Position numbers and translations under genes: made by a program
Shown here: in pieces, positions 11,001 to 37,170 of the stretch
Position numbering within the stretch: the first letter of the stretch is position 1
How the letters are laid out: each line of letters starts with the position of its first letter
Source of the DNA: Macrostomum lignano
Lineage: Eukaryota
Direction: 5' to 3'
NCBI GenBank assembly: GCA_002269645.1
Contig: NIVC01001570.1
Span: 40,546-104,545, forward strand
Length of the DNA stretch: 64,000 nt
Notes under the pieces: generated by a model
Databases searched by the model: none
What the model saw: the letters and a program-made list of their open reading frames with translations, nothing else
Told to the model about the DNA's origin: nothing

Positions 11001-11315
11001 TGCTATCTGGGGGATGGTTTGCTATTTGGGGGATGCTTGCTATCTGGGGGATGCTTGCTATCTGGGGGATGCTTGCTATCTGGGGGATGCTTGCTATCTG
11101 GGGGATGCTTGCTATTTGGGGGATGCTTGCAATCTGGGGGATGCTTGCTATCTGGGGGATGCTTGCTGTCTTGGGATGATTTATTTTTGCATTGCACTTT
11201 ATTTGAGCAGTTTGTCTGTTGTCTTTGAGAAGGCTTTATCTGGCTGTCTTTTTGTTACCTGTAGAGAGCAGAGATTCTATCCACATGTCCCCCAACGGGG
11301 GGCGAAGATTGCTAG
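8017..11315 (+). mobile_element. Non-autonomous Helitron (copy 2, related family, head-to-tail with copy 1)
   Basis: Starts TCCTATATACTAAAATG directly after the CTAG of copy 1; ~8085-8500 is homologous to ~5180-5690; ends CCCCAACGGGGGGCGAAGATTGCTAG|T. Confidence 0.85.
8555..11170. repeat. Interleaved 23-bp (TAAAGAGCCACCATGTCAAACAT) and 18-bp (GGGGGATGCTTGCTATCT) minisatellites inside Helitron 2
   Basis: Tandem copies; the block ~9480-9760 is duplicated at ~10400-10770. Confidence 0.95.
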
Positions 11316-11545
11316 TATTTACTGATAGGGAATTAACGCCTACTGTACGGGCCTAATTTTCGAGCTAAAATCTTAGATATTTAAACAACACCAACGAGCA
11401 CGAGGTCACAACATAAATTCGAGTAATAGAGGGCATACGTAAATACGCGAAAAGCGGTCCCCAACGGGGCAACACGAGCAAAATTTCGACACGCGAATCG
11501 GGGGGGGGGAATTAAGCAATCACTGGCTAGCTACCGATCTGTTAC

Positions 11546-12070
11546 TCAGCGGGGGTCGAATGGGAGACTCACACCTAGCAAGTAAACCTTTTCTGTTCGA
11601 TAGTCTATGATAGCATGCGTACTGGCTAGAAAAGCACTACCCAGGAGGGAAACTGCTGCTGAATTGCCAACGACCAGAAAGAGGATTCTCACCTCTTCTA
11701 GCCCAATAACTGCTGTGAGGGTGGCCTGGCCTAGCATCTCTAATTCATTGCCCGTGTAGGACACGGCCTTCACACATGGGGGCTCCAGGGCCTCCACACT
11801 CTGTCCGGTAATTTTAGTAAAGTCTTTGACTGTTAGCAAAGACAGCGCACTGCCCCCATCTGCCAGGAGGCGGGTGGGAACATTCTCAATTGGCAACTCT
11901 ACAACAATATCTCTCCCGCGTTGTCCTCTAGCTGGTCTTGGCTGATAGAAATCGGGCACCTTCTCAAATCTAAACTTCTTGCTGGGCGGACGTGGCAGGT
12001 TAAGCTGGGCCCTAGAGAGGGAACGGGGCTGAGTTCGGGCCGGGCCATTCAGCCCTCCCACGGGTTTCCC
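11546..12070 (-). CDS. Retropepsin-like aspartic protease, -1 frame relative to gag, terminated by TGA with no downstream RT
   Basis: LLADGGSALSLL (D[ST]G-type motif, here DGG) and LLGSAFL (LLGRDFL-type motif); frame overlaps the gag end at the slippery site. Confidence 0.85.
   Translation of the reverse strand, partial: GKPVGGLNGPARTQPRSLSRAQLNLPRPPSKKFRFEKVPDFYQPRPARGQRGRDIVVELPIENVPTRLLADGGSALSLLTVKDFTKITGQSVEALEPPCVKAVSYTGNELEMLGQATLTAVIGLEEVRILFLVVGNSAAVSLLGSAFLASTHAIIDYRTEKVYLLGVSLPFDPR
12006..12070 (-). promoter_or_regulatory. -1 programmed ribosomal frameshift signal
   Basis: G GGA AAC heptamer (12070-12064), 8-nt spacer, stem GGGCTGA/TCAGCCC; loop GGCCC could pair with downstream GGGCC (pseudoknot). 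Confidence 0.8.
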
Positions 12071-13494
12071 GAACCCGGGGGCTCTTCAGGCGTGGGAGGA
12101 GGAGGCATCAGAGCTTGCGCGCGCAGCTGGGCGAGCCTCTCCTGCCTCTCCCTGGTAGCCTCGTCTAACATATCTCTGCCCCAATCCTCTAAATCTTGCC
12201 TATGGCGATCGGGTGGCGCACGAAGCTGCAATTGCTGCTGCTGCACACCCGGCGCCGGCGGCGTGGGCGCCTCCTGAATTGCAAGCGGCGGGGGCTGGGA
12301 TTGGCGCCAGTTCCTACTGTTATTAGAGCCGCCCTGCCCCTGCCTCCAGTTCCTGTTGGGAGTGGCGGGGCGAGGGGGCCTCATCTGCTGGGGCAGCTGG
12401 GCAACAGACTCTGCTGTCGCCTTCATAGTTTCATTGAGCTGCACCAGCTGGTTGCGCAGATCCTTTTGCGTTTGCTCTAGCGCGCCCAACCTCTCTTGCA
12501 TCTCTGATAGGCCGTCACTGTCCTCCTCCGTCTCGTCAGCTTCCTGGTTCACCATCCTGACCCACTTGCGAGGGGGCCTGGGTGGCTGCTGAGGTTGCAG
12601 ACGGACTTCGGTGCGGGACTCAGACCTGGGCGGGCCACTACTGTCCCATTTCCCGGCTAAGTCTGCGGCTTCTAACAGGGCTTGCTGCTGTTCTAACACC
12701 TGCTCAATTGTCTGCCAGCGACGGCTCAACAGATCTTGTCTGACCTGGCGGGGGAGCTTAGCGTGTTCCAAGTAGGTGTACACGATTTCTTGTTCTCTCT
12801 GCTCACCCTGAATCTGAGGAAACATGGCCGTTATCTGAGATCTTATCATAGCAGCAAAAGCACTATGTGATTGGCCGGGTTTCTGGCTCAGATTCTTCAG
12901 CTTATTTCTCTTAGCCAGATCAGTGTTGGCCTCGCCCAACTGCTCTCCTAATCTAGATACGAACTGCTCAAAGGGCAATTGCCCGTCCAATCCTAAGGCT
13001 AAGTTCTGAAATTCACCTGGGAGGTGCGAGATGAGCACCTGCTTCCTAGCCTGATCTCCTACAGTTCTCTCCGCGTCCAGCTTGTAGATCATTCTCTCTA
13101 CCCATTGCACAAAACAGTGTTCGCCGGGAGAGAACTTCTCTACGTAGATTTTCGGCCTCTGAGCTTCTTGGCCCATGTTTAGCTGGTTAAACGCATTGGC
13201 TATAGCAGCAACTAAGTCTCCTAGCTGCGGGACTGCCTGAGGAGGATTCTGGGCTGCGTCCGGGGGAGCAGCGGCGGCTGCTGCGTCACCCTGATTGGGA
13301 GCGGGAGCTGCTACTCCTTCATCTGGTTCCTCAACTACTACTGCTTCTGGAGGCTGAGGGACCTGGTTACCAGCGGCTGCGGCCATTGCGGCTGCGGGGG
13401 CGGCAACTGCTGGGGTGTCAGCGGCCGAGGGTGGTTGACCAGGGGCGTCTGCGCACACAGCTTCTACGACCCTATCTCCACGCGCCCGTGACAT
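12049..13494 (-). CDS. gag: Gag (Ty3/Gypsy capsid-like), 481 aa from MSRARG
   Basis: KFSPGE..FVQWVERM and MHR-like LKNLSQKPGQSHSAFAAMIR; coiled-coil-like segment; no CCHC knuckle. The 66 extra in-frame upstream codons in the ORF track are low-complexity and probably non-coding. Confidence 0.85.
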   Translation of the reverse strand: MSRARGDRVVEAVCADAPGQPPSAADTPAVAAPAAAMAAAAGNQVPQPPEAVVVEEPDEGVAAPAPNQGDAAAAAAPPDAAQNPPQAVPQLGDLVAAIANAFNQLNMGQEAQRPKIYVEKFSPGEHCFVQWVERMIYKLDAERTVGDQARKQVLISHLPGEFQNLALGLDGQLPFEQFVSRLGEQLGEANTDLAKRNKLKNLSQKPGQSHSAFAAMIRSQITAMFPQIQGEQREQEIVYTYLEHAKLPRQVRQDLLSRRWQTIEQVLEQQQALLEAADLAGKWDSSGPPRSESRTEVRLQPQQPPRPPRKWVRMVNQEADETEEDSDGLSEMQERLGALEQTQKDLRNQLVQLNETMKATAESVAQLPQQMRPPRPATPNRNWRQGQGGSNNSRNWRQSQPPPLAIQEAPTPPAPGVQQQQLQLRAPPDRHRQDLEDWGRDMLDEATRERQERLAQLRAQALMPPPPTPEEPPGSGNPWEG

Positions 13495-15846
13495 GTGAAT
13501 GCCGGATAGCTGGGGGAGTACCCACCACCGGGAAGGAAAAGAAAAGAAAACCGGGGCAACTACAGGTAAAGACCGAAAAGTTGATCCGAAACACACAAAC
13601 ACACTCACACACACACAAACACAGACAAAACCCACATACTTGCGGCGTCGAAGAAAACAAATTGAAAAACGGGTGGCTCCACATAATTCCATTTAGGCAG
13701 TCCTAACGGCTTCACTCGGCAAAGCACACTGACTCAAACTGCGGCTACCACTACCAGTTGTCTATGGCACATCCTGACAGGGAAAAATTGGCTATTCAGA
13801 GAGACTTGACCTTCATTTTGCGGCCATGCTAGGGAACCCAAATGCCGACCGTAAACGGACTTACGGCACCTGTACAAATTCTCCCCTAGGGTTGCGCGCC
13901 GGACCCCATTTCCTTAAGAAAGCTACTACGAAGAAGCGTTGGCGCCTGGACCCAAAAACCCAAGTGGCGGGAGCAATCCCCATGGAGGTCCTCCCACTTT
14001 ACTGCCCTTGCACAGCCGGAAAACCGTCGGAGTCCAGTGGGGCTTCCACCTCAGGACTACCAATCTTGTACACGCAGCTTCACAAAAGGCGGGAATCCAG
14101 CTCCCCTACGTCTAGCAGAATCCACAAAAACCAAGACCTCCCCCTTCTGTTCAGAGCGAAGGCGCGCAGCGGGAGTCCAGACTAAACTGTCCCCGAAGTT
14201 TTCAGGTTAGGCGGATTACAAGCCTGAAACTCTCGCCCGCTTTCCTAGGATAAACAGACCTAAGTGAGTATCTTCCTGAAATGCTTGCCCCTCCGATACT
14301 CCACCTTTGCTGCAGCTCGAAATAGCATACTTGGGACCTTTATCTGATGGCGGAGAAAGTCCTACAGTTGTCAGCCTCTCCACTTTACTGTACTTGAACG
14401 CCCGGTTCTACCAGGAGACAGCGGTACCTCCATCTAGGTTATTCCAAGTTGCCAGAGACGTCAACCCGTCTTATTGACCTTGCGGGGCACTGGGGTGGCA
14501 CTCTATGTACCGGGGCTTTACATTAGGGGACTGCATGCAACCCTGCGTCTAAGCGCTTAGTGGGCTGCAGTGGCCAGAGGGGAAAAGAGTTGCGCAATAG
14601 CGCCTTCCTGGGCCAGGCTGACAAGTCGGGCAGGAGCGCCGTTCTACCGGGTCGGGCTGATTGGCACACCCACCTCCCCTATCAGACTGACAGCAGGGGG
14701 GAGGAATTACTAAAGGAGGAGAATGCAGCAGGAAACATTACGAGATCACTGGGGGCCACCAGACTTCCAGTACACCATTCCAATACTCACTGAACTCCAC
14801 TATCAATAGGATACTATGGGATCTACTATTTCCAGCCACTGCACCAGCCCAAATGCAACCAAAGCAGTTACTACCGGGTCTGCAATACAGTGGGGAGAGT
14901 CAGCAGACACGTTGGGATCGAATCCCAGCCATGAAGGCACCAGGGGTTACCGCAGAATTCAGGTCCGGGCTGATCGCAGGTATTCCATAGGAGGTGACAC
15001 TTTTTTTAGCCCGAGATTTTTGAGTCACACTGATACCCTACAGAGATACAATCACACCGCTATTCCCATTCCTGCGAGACTTTGGTATCCCCCAATGTTT
15101 CCAAGGCCATGACTACTGCTTCCCTTACTATGCATATATAGCGAGTTCCCCATAGCCCTTGATAGCTGTTCATTCTAATGGACAAACAAAACACGCTCCG
15201 GTCTCTACGCATTTCTAGGATTAACTGAGCGATCAGGGAGAGCGACTGTTACACTCCCCCGAGTAAAAGAAAGAGGTAGGACAAAGGAAAGAAATGCTTC
15301 GCTTCCAGCTTCCCTGTGCTTGCGTGATGAGGCTTCCGTACCTGGCTGGCTGTCCACCTCAACACTCACACAGTTCTGCTGTAGGCTAGGCGAGAGAAAG
15401 AAAGGGAGGGGAAATAAAGCATATTACCATGAAATAGAAAGTGAGTCCGGAAAATTCACTTTCGCAGTTCTTCACACACTCCGTTACCAGGTAGCTATTC
15501 TGATTGTAATCAAATCCGCTCGTCTACCACTTCACACTTTCTAGCGCTGAAACTGATCGGCTAAATTAATTTTAAATTGAATCAGGGGCTTTTGGCGAAT
15601 GAATGAATTTGGAAATTTCGAATGAATTGAACGAATTCGCAGCCCGAAAAATTTGAAAAGTTACATTAATATTTTTGGATTTTGTTGCCTCACGCCATGG
15701 GAGAAGAGAATGACGATTGGCGATTTTTACGATTGGTAGATTTAGACATGGCACTCTTTGCGCTTCGGCCACCATTCTGAGGGATGCCACAGGTGCGCTT
15801 GTCACATCTAAACCACCAGTCCGAAACTCAGCGCTGTTTGCACCAG

Positions 15847-15864
15847 ATCCCACCGCTGCCACCA
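15847..15864 (-). promoter_or_regulatory. Primer binding site, tRNA-Leu
   Basis: TGGTGGCAGCGGTGGGAT, 18 nt complementary to the 3' end (AUCCCACCGCUGCCACCA) of eukaryotic tRNA-Leu(AAG/TAG type), 3 nt from the LTR end. Confidence 0.92.
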
Positions 15865-15867
15865 TTT

Positions 15868-18081
15868 TGATGTAACCGCCCTTGTCGCCTGTCCGCTCCG
15901 TAGAGAGACGAACGCATGACTAGAGGGGCAATGACCGTAGGCTGCCTATGACCGGGCAATGACCTGACGGACCTCCAGCACCAGACTGTCCCGCCCACAT
16001 GATTAGTAGCTTTGGTAGCGCTTCGTGACCAGAGGGCCAAGGACCCACATGGACCCCACCTGTAGCCAAGGTGCAATAGTTGGTCACTCGGTCATAGTAT
16101 GACCGAGTGGCTGCCACCACTCTATGTGACCTGGCGCACCTGGATCTTTCTACCAGACCTCTCGAGGCTAGAGCCCCGCCTGGATTGGTTACCAGGGGAT
16201 TTAGGCTAACAGGGGAGACGCATGCAGCCGAGTACAGGGACTCTGCTTGGGGCATGATCGGGAACTCTGGGCTCAATCCTGGAGGATTTCTCAGCAGGGG
16301 ATCCTTTGTGGCTGTGAGCGAGGCTGACTTGCGACTTTGATTACTAAGAGTAGTATGAGGCGAACATGTACTGTCTACAGTTTAGATTGCTCAGGGCGAA
16401 GGGACGCGTTAGCATGGGGTTGCAACCTTCCTACTGCCATTCTGTGCCAAGACTCGCTAATCCCTCTACTGCACGCACACGCGGCCCCGCAGCACGCACT
16501 CACAGGCGGGCTTGCACGGGGAGAGGCCATTAGCTTACCCAAACTTCCTTATGCTTTGCCACCCCGGGAGAAAGGCTTAGCAAGCCATGAGTGAAATGAT
16601 GGTGAAAGATTGAATAATGATGAAGTTAGTTAATAGTTAATAATTAGGCCCTTAGGCAAATAAGCAGGCAATTAGGCGGCTTCACTATTGAGTAAAATAC
16701 AGCAAAAGATACGGTATCACAATTGGCTCAGCTCTCTAATCAGACAATGGAAAATAGGCAAACCCCGGATAAGCAAAGGCAATTAGAGCACAAATTAGTA
16801 GTAGGAACTTACCGGCAGCTGCACAGAGAGAGAGAGAGGCGGAGTGACCGAGGGCGGCTGTAGGCTGCAGTCAGGCAGACGGTGAAGCGGCGATGCGCTG
16901 GAGCGACGAGGCGCTGATGTAGATCAGGCGATGCTGATGATGCTGGGCGGTATCAGACCGCTGGCCGATAGGCGAGCTCACTTGGGGAGCTAAGGATAAC
17001 TTGGCGGTAACAGACCGCGGACCGGCAGGGATTCGTCTTATAGACGAATGGGTCAGAACTCAATCTGACAGCAAGTCCAAAGAAGGACGAGGAGAGGAAC
17101 AGAGATAACTCAGTTGAGTATTCTCATGCCGAAATCGCTTCCTTTTATAGACCTCACAGCCGCCTCCTCAAGGTCGTTACCATGGCTCCCTCTCTCTGAT
17201 TGGCTGCCGGCAGAATGACGTCAGAATGAGTCATGATGAGAAGCATGAGACCGGCATAGCAACATGAGAAATCGGGAAATTGCGCAATCCGGAGGTGGGG
17301 TGGGGGGATAATTGGCGCAGCGGGTGGTCGCGAAAGTGTTGCGCAAGCAAACATTGAGAACAATAGGGCTGGGGTCGAGAACAAAGGAATTGGAAATCGG
17401 GGATAATTGGGGAAAACTGAGAACAATGGAAAAGTAAACATTGGAGAAAAGGTGATAATTAGGTGCGAAAACGAGAACAAAAGAAAGAGAAAATCGGAGA
17501 AAATGTGATAATTGGTGGGGGTCGAGAGAACAAAAGAAGCAAAAACGAGAACAATAGAAGCGGAGGTGGGGTGGGTGTCACATGAGAAATTTGGGAAGGA
17601 GAACAATAGCGTGAGAAAAGGTTGCGCAAGAGAGGGGGATGAGTCATCGATGAGTCACCGAGGGGGAGAAGGGGTCACACGACTTGCGTCACCGTTTGGG
17701 AGTTTGAGAGGGGATGGGGAGACGGTGAGCACACAAAGTACTGTAAGTAGACACAGGGAAAGAGGGGACAGCGCAGGAAAAGAGTGCAGAGGGAGACAAA
17801 AAAAGGAGGAGGTAGAGAAAGTACAGGAAGAATAGGGCGGGAACAGAAGAGATAGGGTAGAGGGGGAGGTACAGAAAGGGGTAGGGGCTCCGGAAAGGCA
17901 GGTGTGGCGGCAGGAGAGACGGGACCAAGGCAGCAGGAGAGGTGCAGCAGAGCGGGAGTCTCCAGGCCCGGTCGGAGACCTGGCCGAGTCTCGACAGCTC
18001 TGTGCAGAGGGTGCACGGGATAGGAGGCACTTTCGAAAAAGTTCCCATGCCCTATCCCGCGACCAGAGCGTGGTTACATCA
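15868..18081 (-). repeat. 5' LTR (2214 bp)
   Basis: 10-bp terminal inverted repeat TGATGTAACC/GGTTACATCA; PBS adjacent; U3 duplicated at 215-930. Confidence 0.9.
17143..17233 (-). promoter_or_regulatory. LTR core promoter
   Basis: AP-1 TGAGTCA 17227-17233, CRE TGACGTCA 17216-17223, CCAAT 17203-17199, TATAAAA 17149-17143; splice donor CCG|GTAAGT at 16812. Confidence 0.7.
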
Positions 18082-18329
18082 AGCGTCTGTTTTAAATGGA
18101 GAGTACCTTTTTATTTTACATTTGCGCGCACGCTCATGACTCATCTATGTTCTGCCTCTCACTTCTCTCGCCTGGCTTAAAAATATCTGCGTTTATAATA
18201 ATAGGCTTAAGGAAGAACATACAATGTGAACTCGAAATATCGGCACTTAGCTTTAATATCAGCGTTACCATGTCAGTGCTTTGGGTTTGAGCACTGTTCC
18301 CTCTCCCCCTTCCCCCTCTCTCCGTTTAT

Positions 18330-18830
18330 CTCTCATAGTTTGTTGGATAGATTAGCAATCCATTATCTCTCATAGTCATAGTTTGTTGGATAGATTAGCA
18401 ATCCATTATCTCTCATAGTCATAGTTTGTTTGATAGATTAGCAACCCACTATCTCTCATAGTTTGTTTCATAGATTAGCAACCCACTATCTCTCATAGTT
18501 TATTGGATAGATTAGCAACCCACTATCTCTCATAGTTTATTGGATAGATTAGCAACCCACTATCTCTCATAGTTTATTGGATAGATTAGCAACCCACTAT
18601 CTCTCATAGTTTATTGGATAGATTAGCAACCCACTATCTCTCATAGTTTATTGGATAGATTAGCAACCCACTATCTCTCATAGTTTATTGGATAGATTAG
18701 CAACCCACTATCTCTCATAGTTTGTTGGATAGATTAGCAACCCACTATCTCTCATAGTTTGTTGGATAGATTAGCAATCCATTCTCTATCTTTCTTTTAT
18801 CTCTCATAGTTTGTTGGATAGACTAGCAAT
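18330..18830. repeat. 37-bp minisatellite (TATCTCTCATAGTTTATTGGATAGATTAGCAACCCAC)
   Basis: Tandem copies. Confidence 0.95.
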
Positions 18831-19500
18831 CCATAATATTTCTATGGTACGCATTTGAATTGGCTCATTTAGAAGTCAGAATTTGATCGCGGCAGAACAC
18901 CAGCACAGAGCAGCTACAGTGTATCAGCAATCGCACACAGAGCAGAGCCTTCTGGAGTTTCACGCTCGGATTAATAAAATCTAGAGCTCAAGTAAATTCA
19001 ATTTCAAGTCTAGAACTGAAAATTGCTGATTGCAAAGAGGGAAAAGTGCAACCGCTGGTTTTCAAGCTGGTTTTTACTGATAACACAGCATTTCTTCCAG
19101 CTTGTAATTATATCAGCCGAAACAAACTGGTTAGTTAACATCTGGCAAGACAGGCATACAGGACAAGCCTTAAACTTTATTCATATCAACCAACTGGTGG
19201 CACCAGTAACTATGATTTTTTTACATAATTTGAAATTTCAAAGCCAGATACCAGTTAATACAAGCTAACCCACATTGACTCTCAGCCAATAAGAATCGCG
19301 CCCACTCCAACTCCCCTCTCTCTCTCTCAGCCAATGAGAATTCATTCATTCTCATTTCAACCCCATCAACCCCAACAATTCATTCACCCACCTCAGCGAT
19401 CCCTCCTTTAGCCAATGAGAATCGCACTCATTCCAACCCCCCTCCTCTCAGCTAATTGAGAAAAGAATCGCACCCACCCTAACTCCCCCTCGGGGGGGGG

Positions 19501-19690
19501 GGCGTAGCCCAGCGGTCTAGCGCAGGCTCTGGTGTGCCAGCGACCCAGGCTCGATTCCAAGTGCAGTCACATTCATTTGGGGCTGAATTGGAATCTCGGT
19601 TTGGCTCTGCTCGTGCAATTAACGGCCTTGAGAGCCAACCCCCAAGGCGCAGTGAAGTGTACATCCCTAACGATAAAATAAAGTTAGGGC
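19501..19690 (+). mobile_element. tRNA-derived SINE-like element
   Basis: A-box-like GGCGTAGCCCAGCGGTCTAGCGC and B-box-like GGCTCGATTCC; no cloverleaf 3' end. Confidence 0.55.
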
Positions 19691-19859
19691 CGCTGTACAC
19701 TCCTGTGTGAGTGTGTGCCTGCGTACGTATCCGCGCGCTTGTGTGCCTGCTCAGAGGAGTCGGCGGAATGGGCAGTAATGCCTCTTGCCGGTTGTGTGCC
19801 TATGTCGCTTAAAGTGCGCCAGGGTGCACACAACCCCCCTGCCTCTAATAAAAAAAACT

Positions 19860-20190
19860 CCCCCTCTCCCCAGCCAATGAGAATCGCACCCACCCTAACT
19901 CCCCTCTCTCCCCCAGCCAATGAGAATGGCACCCACCCTAACTCCCCTCTCTCCCCCAGCCAATGAGAATCGCATCCACCCTAACTCCCCTCTCTCCCCC
20001 AGCCAATGGGAATCGCACCCACCCTAACTCCCCTCTCTCCCCCAGCCAATGAGAATCGCATCCACCCTAACTCCCCTCTCCCCCAGCCAATGAGAATCGC
20101 ACCCAACCTAACTCCCCTCTGTCCCCCAGCCAATGAGAATCGCACCTACCCTAACTCCCCTCTCTCCCCCAGCCAATGAGAATCGCACCC
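19860..20190. repeat. ~40-bp CCAAT-containing minisatellite (CCCCAGCCAATGAGAATCGCACCCACCCTAACTCCCCTCTCTC)
   Basis: Tandem copies, plus dispersed degenerate copies at 19280-19490. Confidence 0.9.
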
Positions 20191-20283
20191 ACCTCAACTA
20201 TTACAATACCTCCATTAGCCAATAAGCAACAATATCTATCTAAAGTGACCAATCAGAACCCTTTTAATCAGAGGGCCACCAAC

Positions 20284-36656
<16,373 letters not shown>

Positions 36657-37170
36657 TTTAAAAACTGAAACCATTTTTCGAGTTTCGTTGCAGATTTTTA
36701 GGTGCATCGTATATAAGTCTACTATAAGTAGGAAGATAGAATATTATAGTCTAAAAATAAACTAACTCCATTTCAAGACAGAATAGAAACCTGGAACCAG
36801 CGCTGAGGTGCAACGCAGACAGGCAGTATATTTAGTGGTTAAATAGCTGACAAGTTAATAAACAGCTGAACAATTTTGCAATAGCACTAAATAGACAAAG
36901 CAGATTATTAAACGCGTGATAAAAATTATGGTAAGTAAAATTATTTTCGATACATATCGGCTAATAAGCGACTTTTAGCGGCTCGACAACGAAATGTAAC
37001 TACATTGAATTTATTGACACTTATAAAGCTCGCAAAAAATGCAACGATTAATTATGGACTATGATACAAAATTAAATTTATTAAATTTATTATCGATAGC
37101 AAAATACGGAGAGGGGTTGGGTTGAGATAAAAGAATAGTTCAATAATTCAATGGGTAGCATTTTAGTTAA

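Larger units (their letters stand above)
215..18081 (-). mobile_element. Non-autonomous Ty3/Gypsy-like LTR retroelement (gag-PR only, plus accessory ORFs), interrupted by two Helitrons
   Basis: 5' LTR 15868-18081 with TGATGTAACC...GGTTACATCA ends; PBS immediately downstream; gag plus aspartic protease; PPT at 931-947 abutting a second LTR copy (215-930) in the same orientation. Removing 5112-11315 rejoins the interior at an A|T site. Confidence 0.88.

Noticed and set aside
11458-11469. TCCCCAACGGGG identical to the Helitron terminal hairpin, 145 bp beyond Helitron 2
   Set aside because: No CTAG at the expected distance and the nearest CTAG is followed by C, not T. The A|T junction at 5111/11316 is cleaner. 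Treated as coincidence.
13707-13860. Plus-strand translation DSNCGYHYQLSMAHPDREKLAI resembling the Gypsy RT motif DLxxGYHQIxMxxxDREKTAF
   Set aside because: It is antisense to gag, short, bounded by stops, and I found no following MPFGL or YxDD motif in any frame. Probably chance. An RVT_1 HMM search of 13700-15850 with frameshift tolerance would settle it.
15572-17835. Several 60-150-aa ORFs in the LTR and just after the PBS
   Set aside because: Low-complexity or overlapping frames in regulatory DNA. The LTR A-run indel changes their frame between copies; MVAAVGS is simply the PBS translated.
19501-19560. Possible tRNA genes (also 26324-26395 and 5615-5680)
   Set aside because: A/B boxes only, with no complete acceptor stem; they continue into SINE or Helitron bodies.
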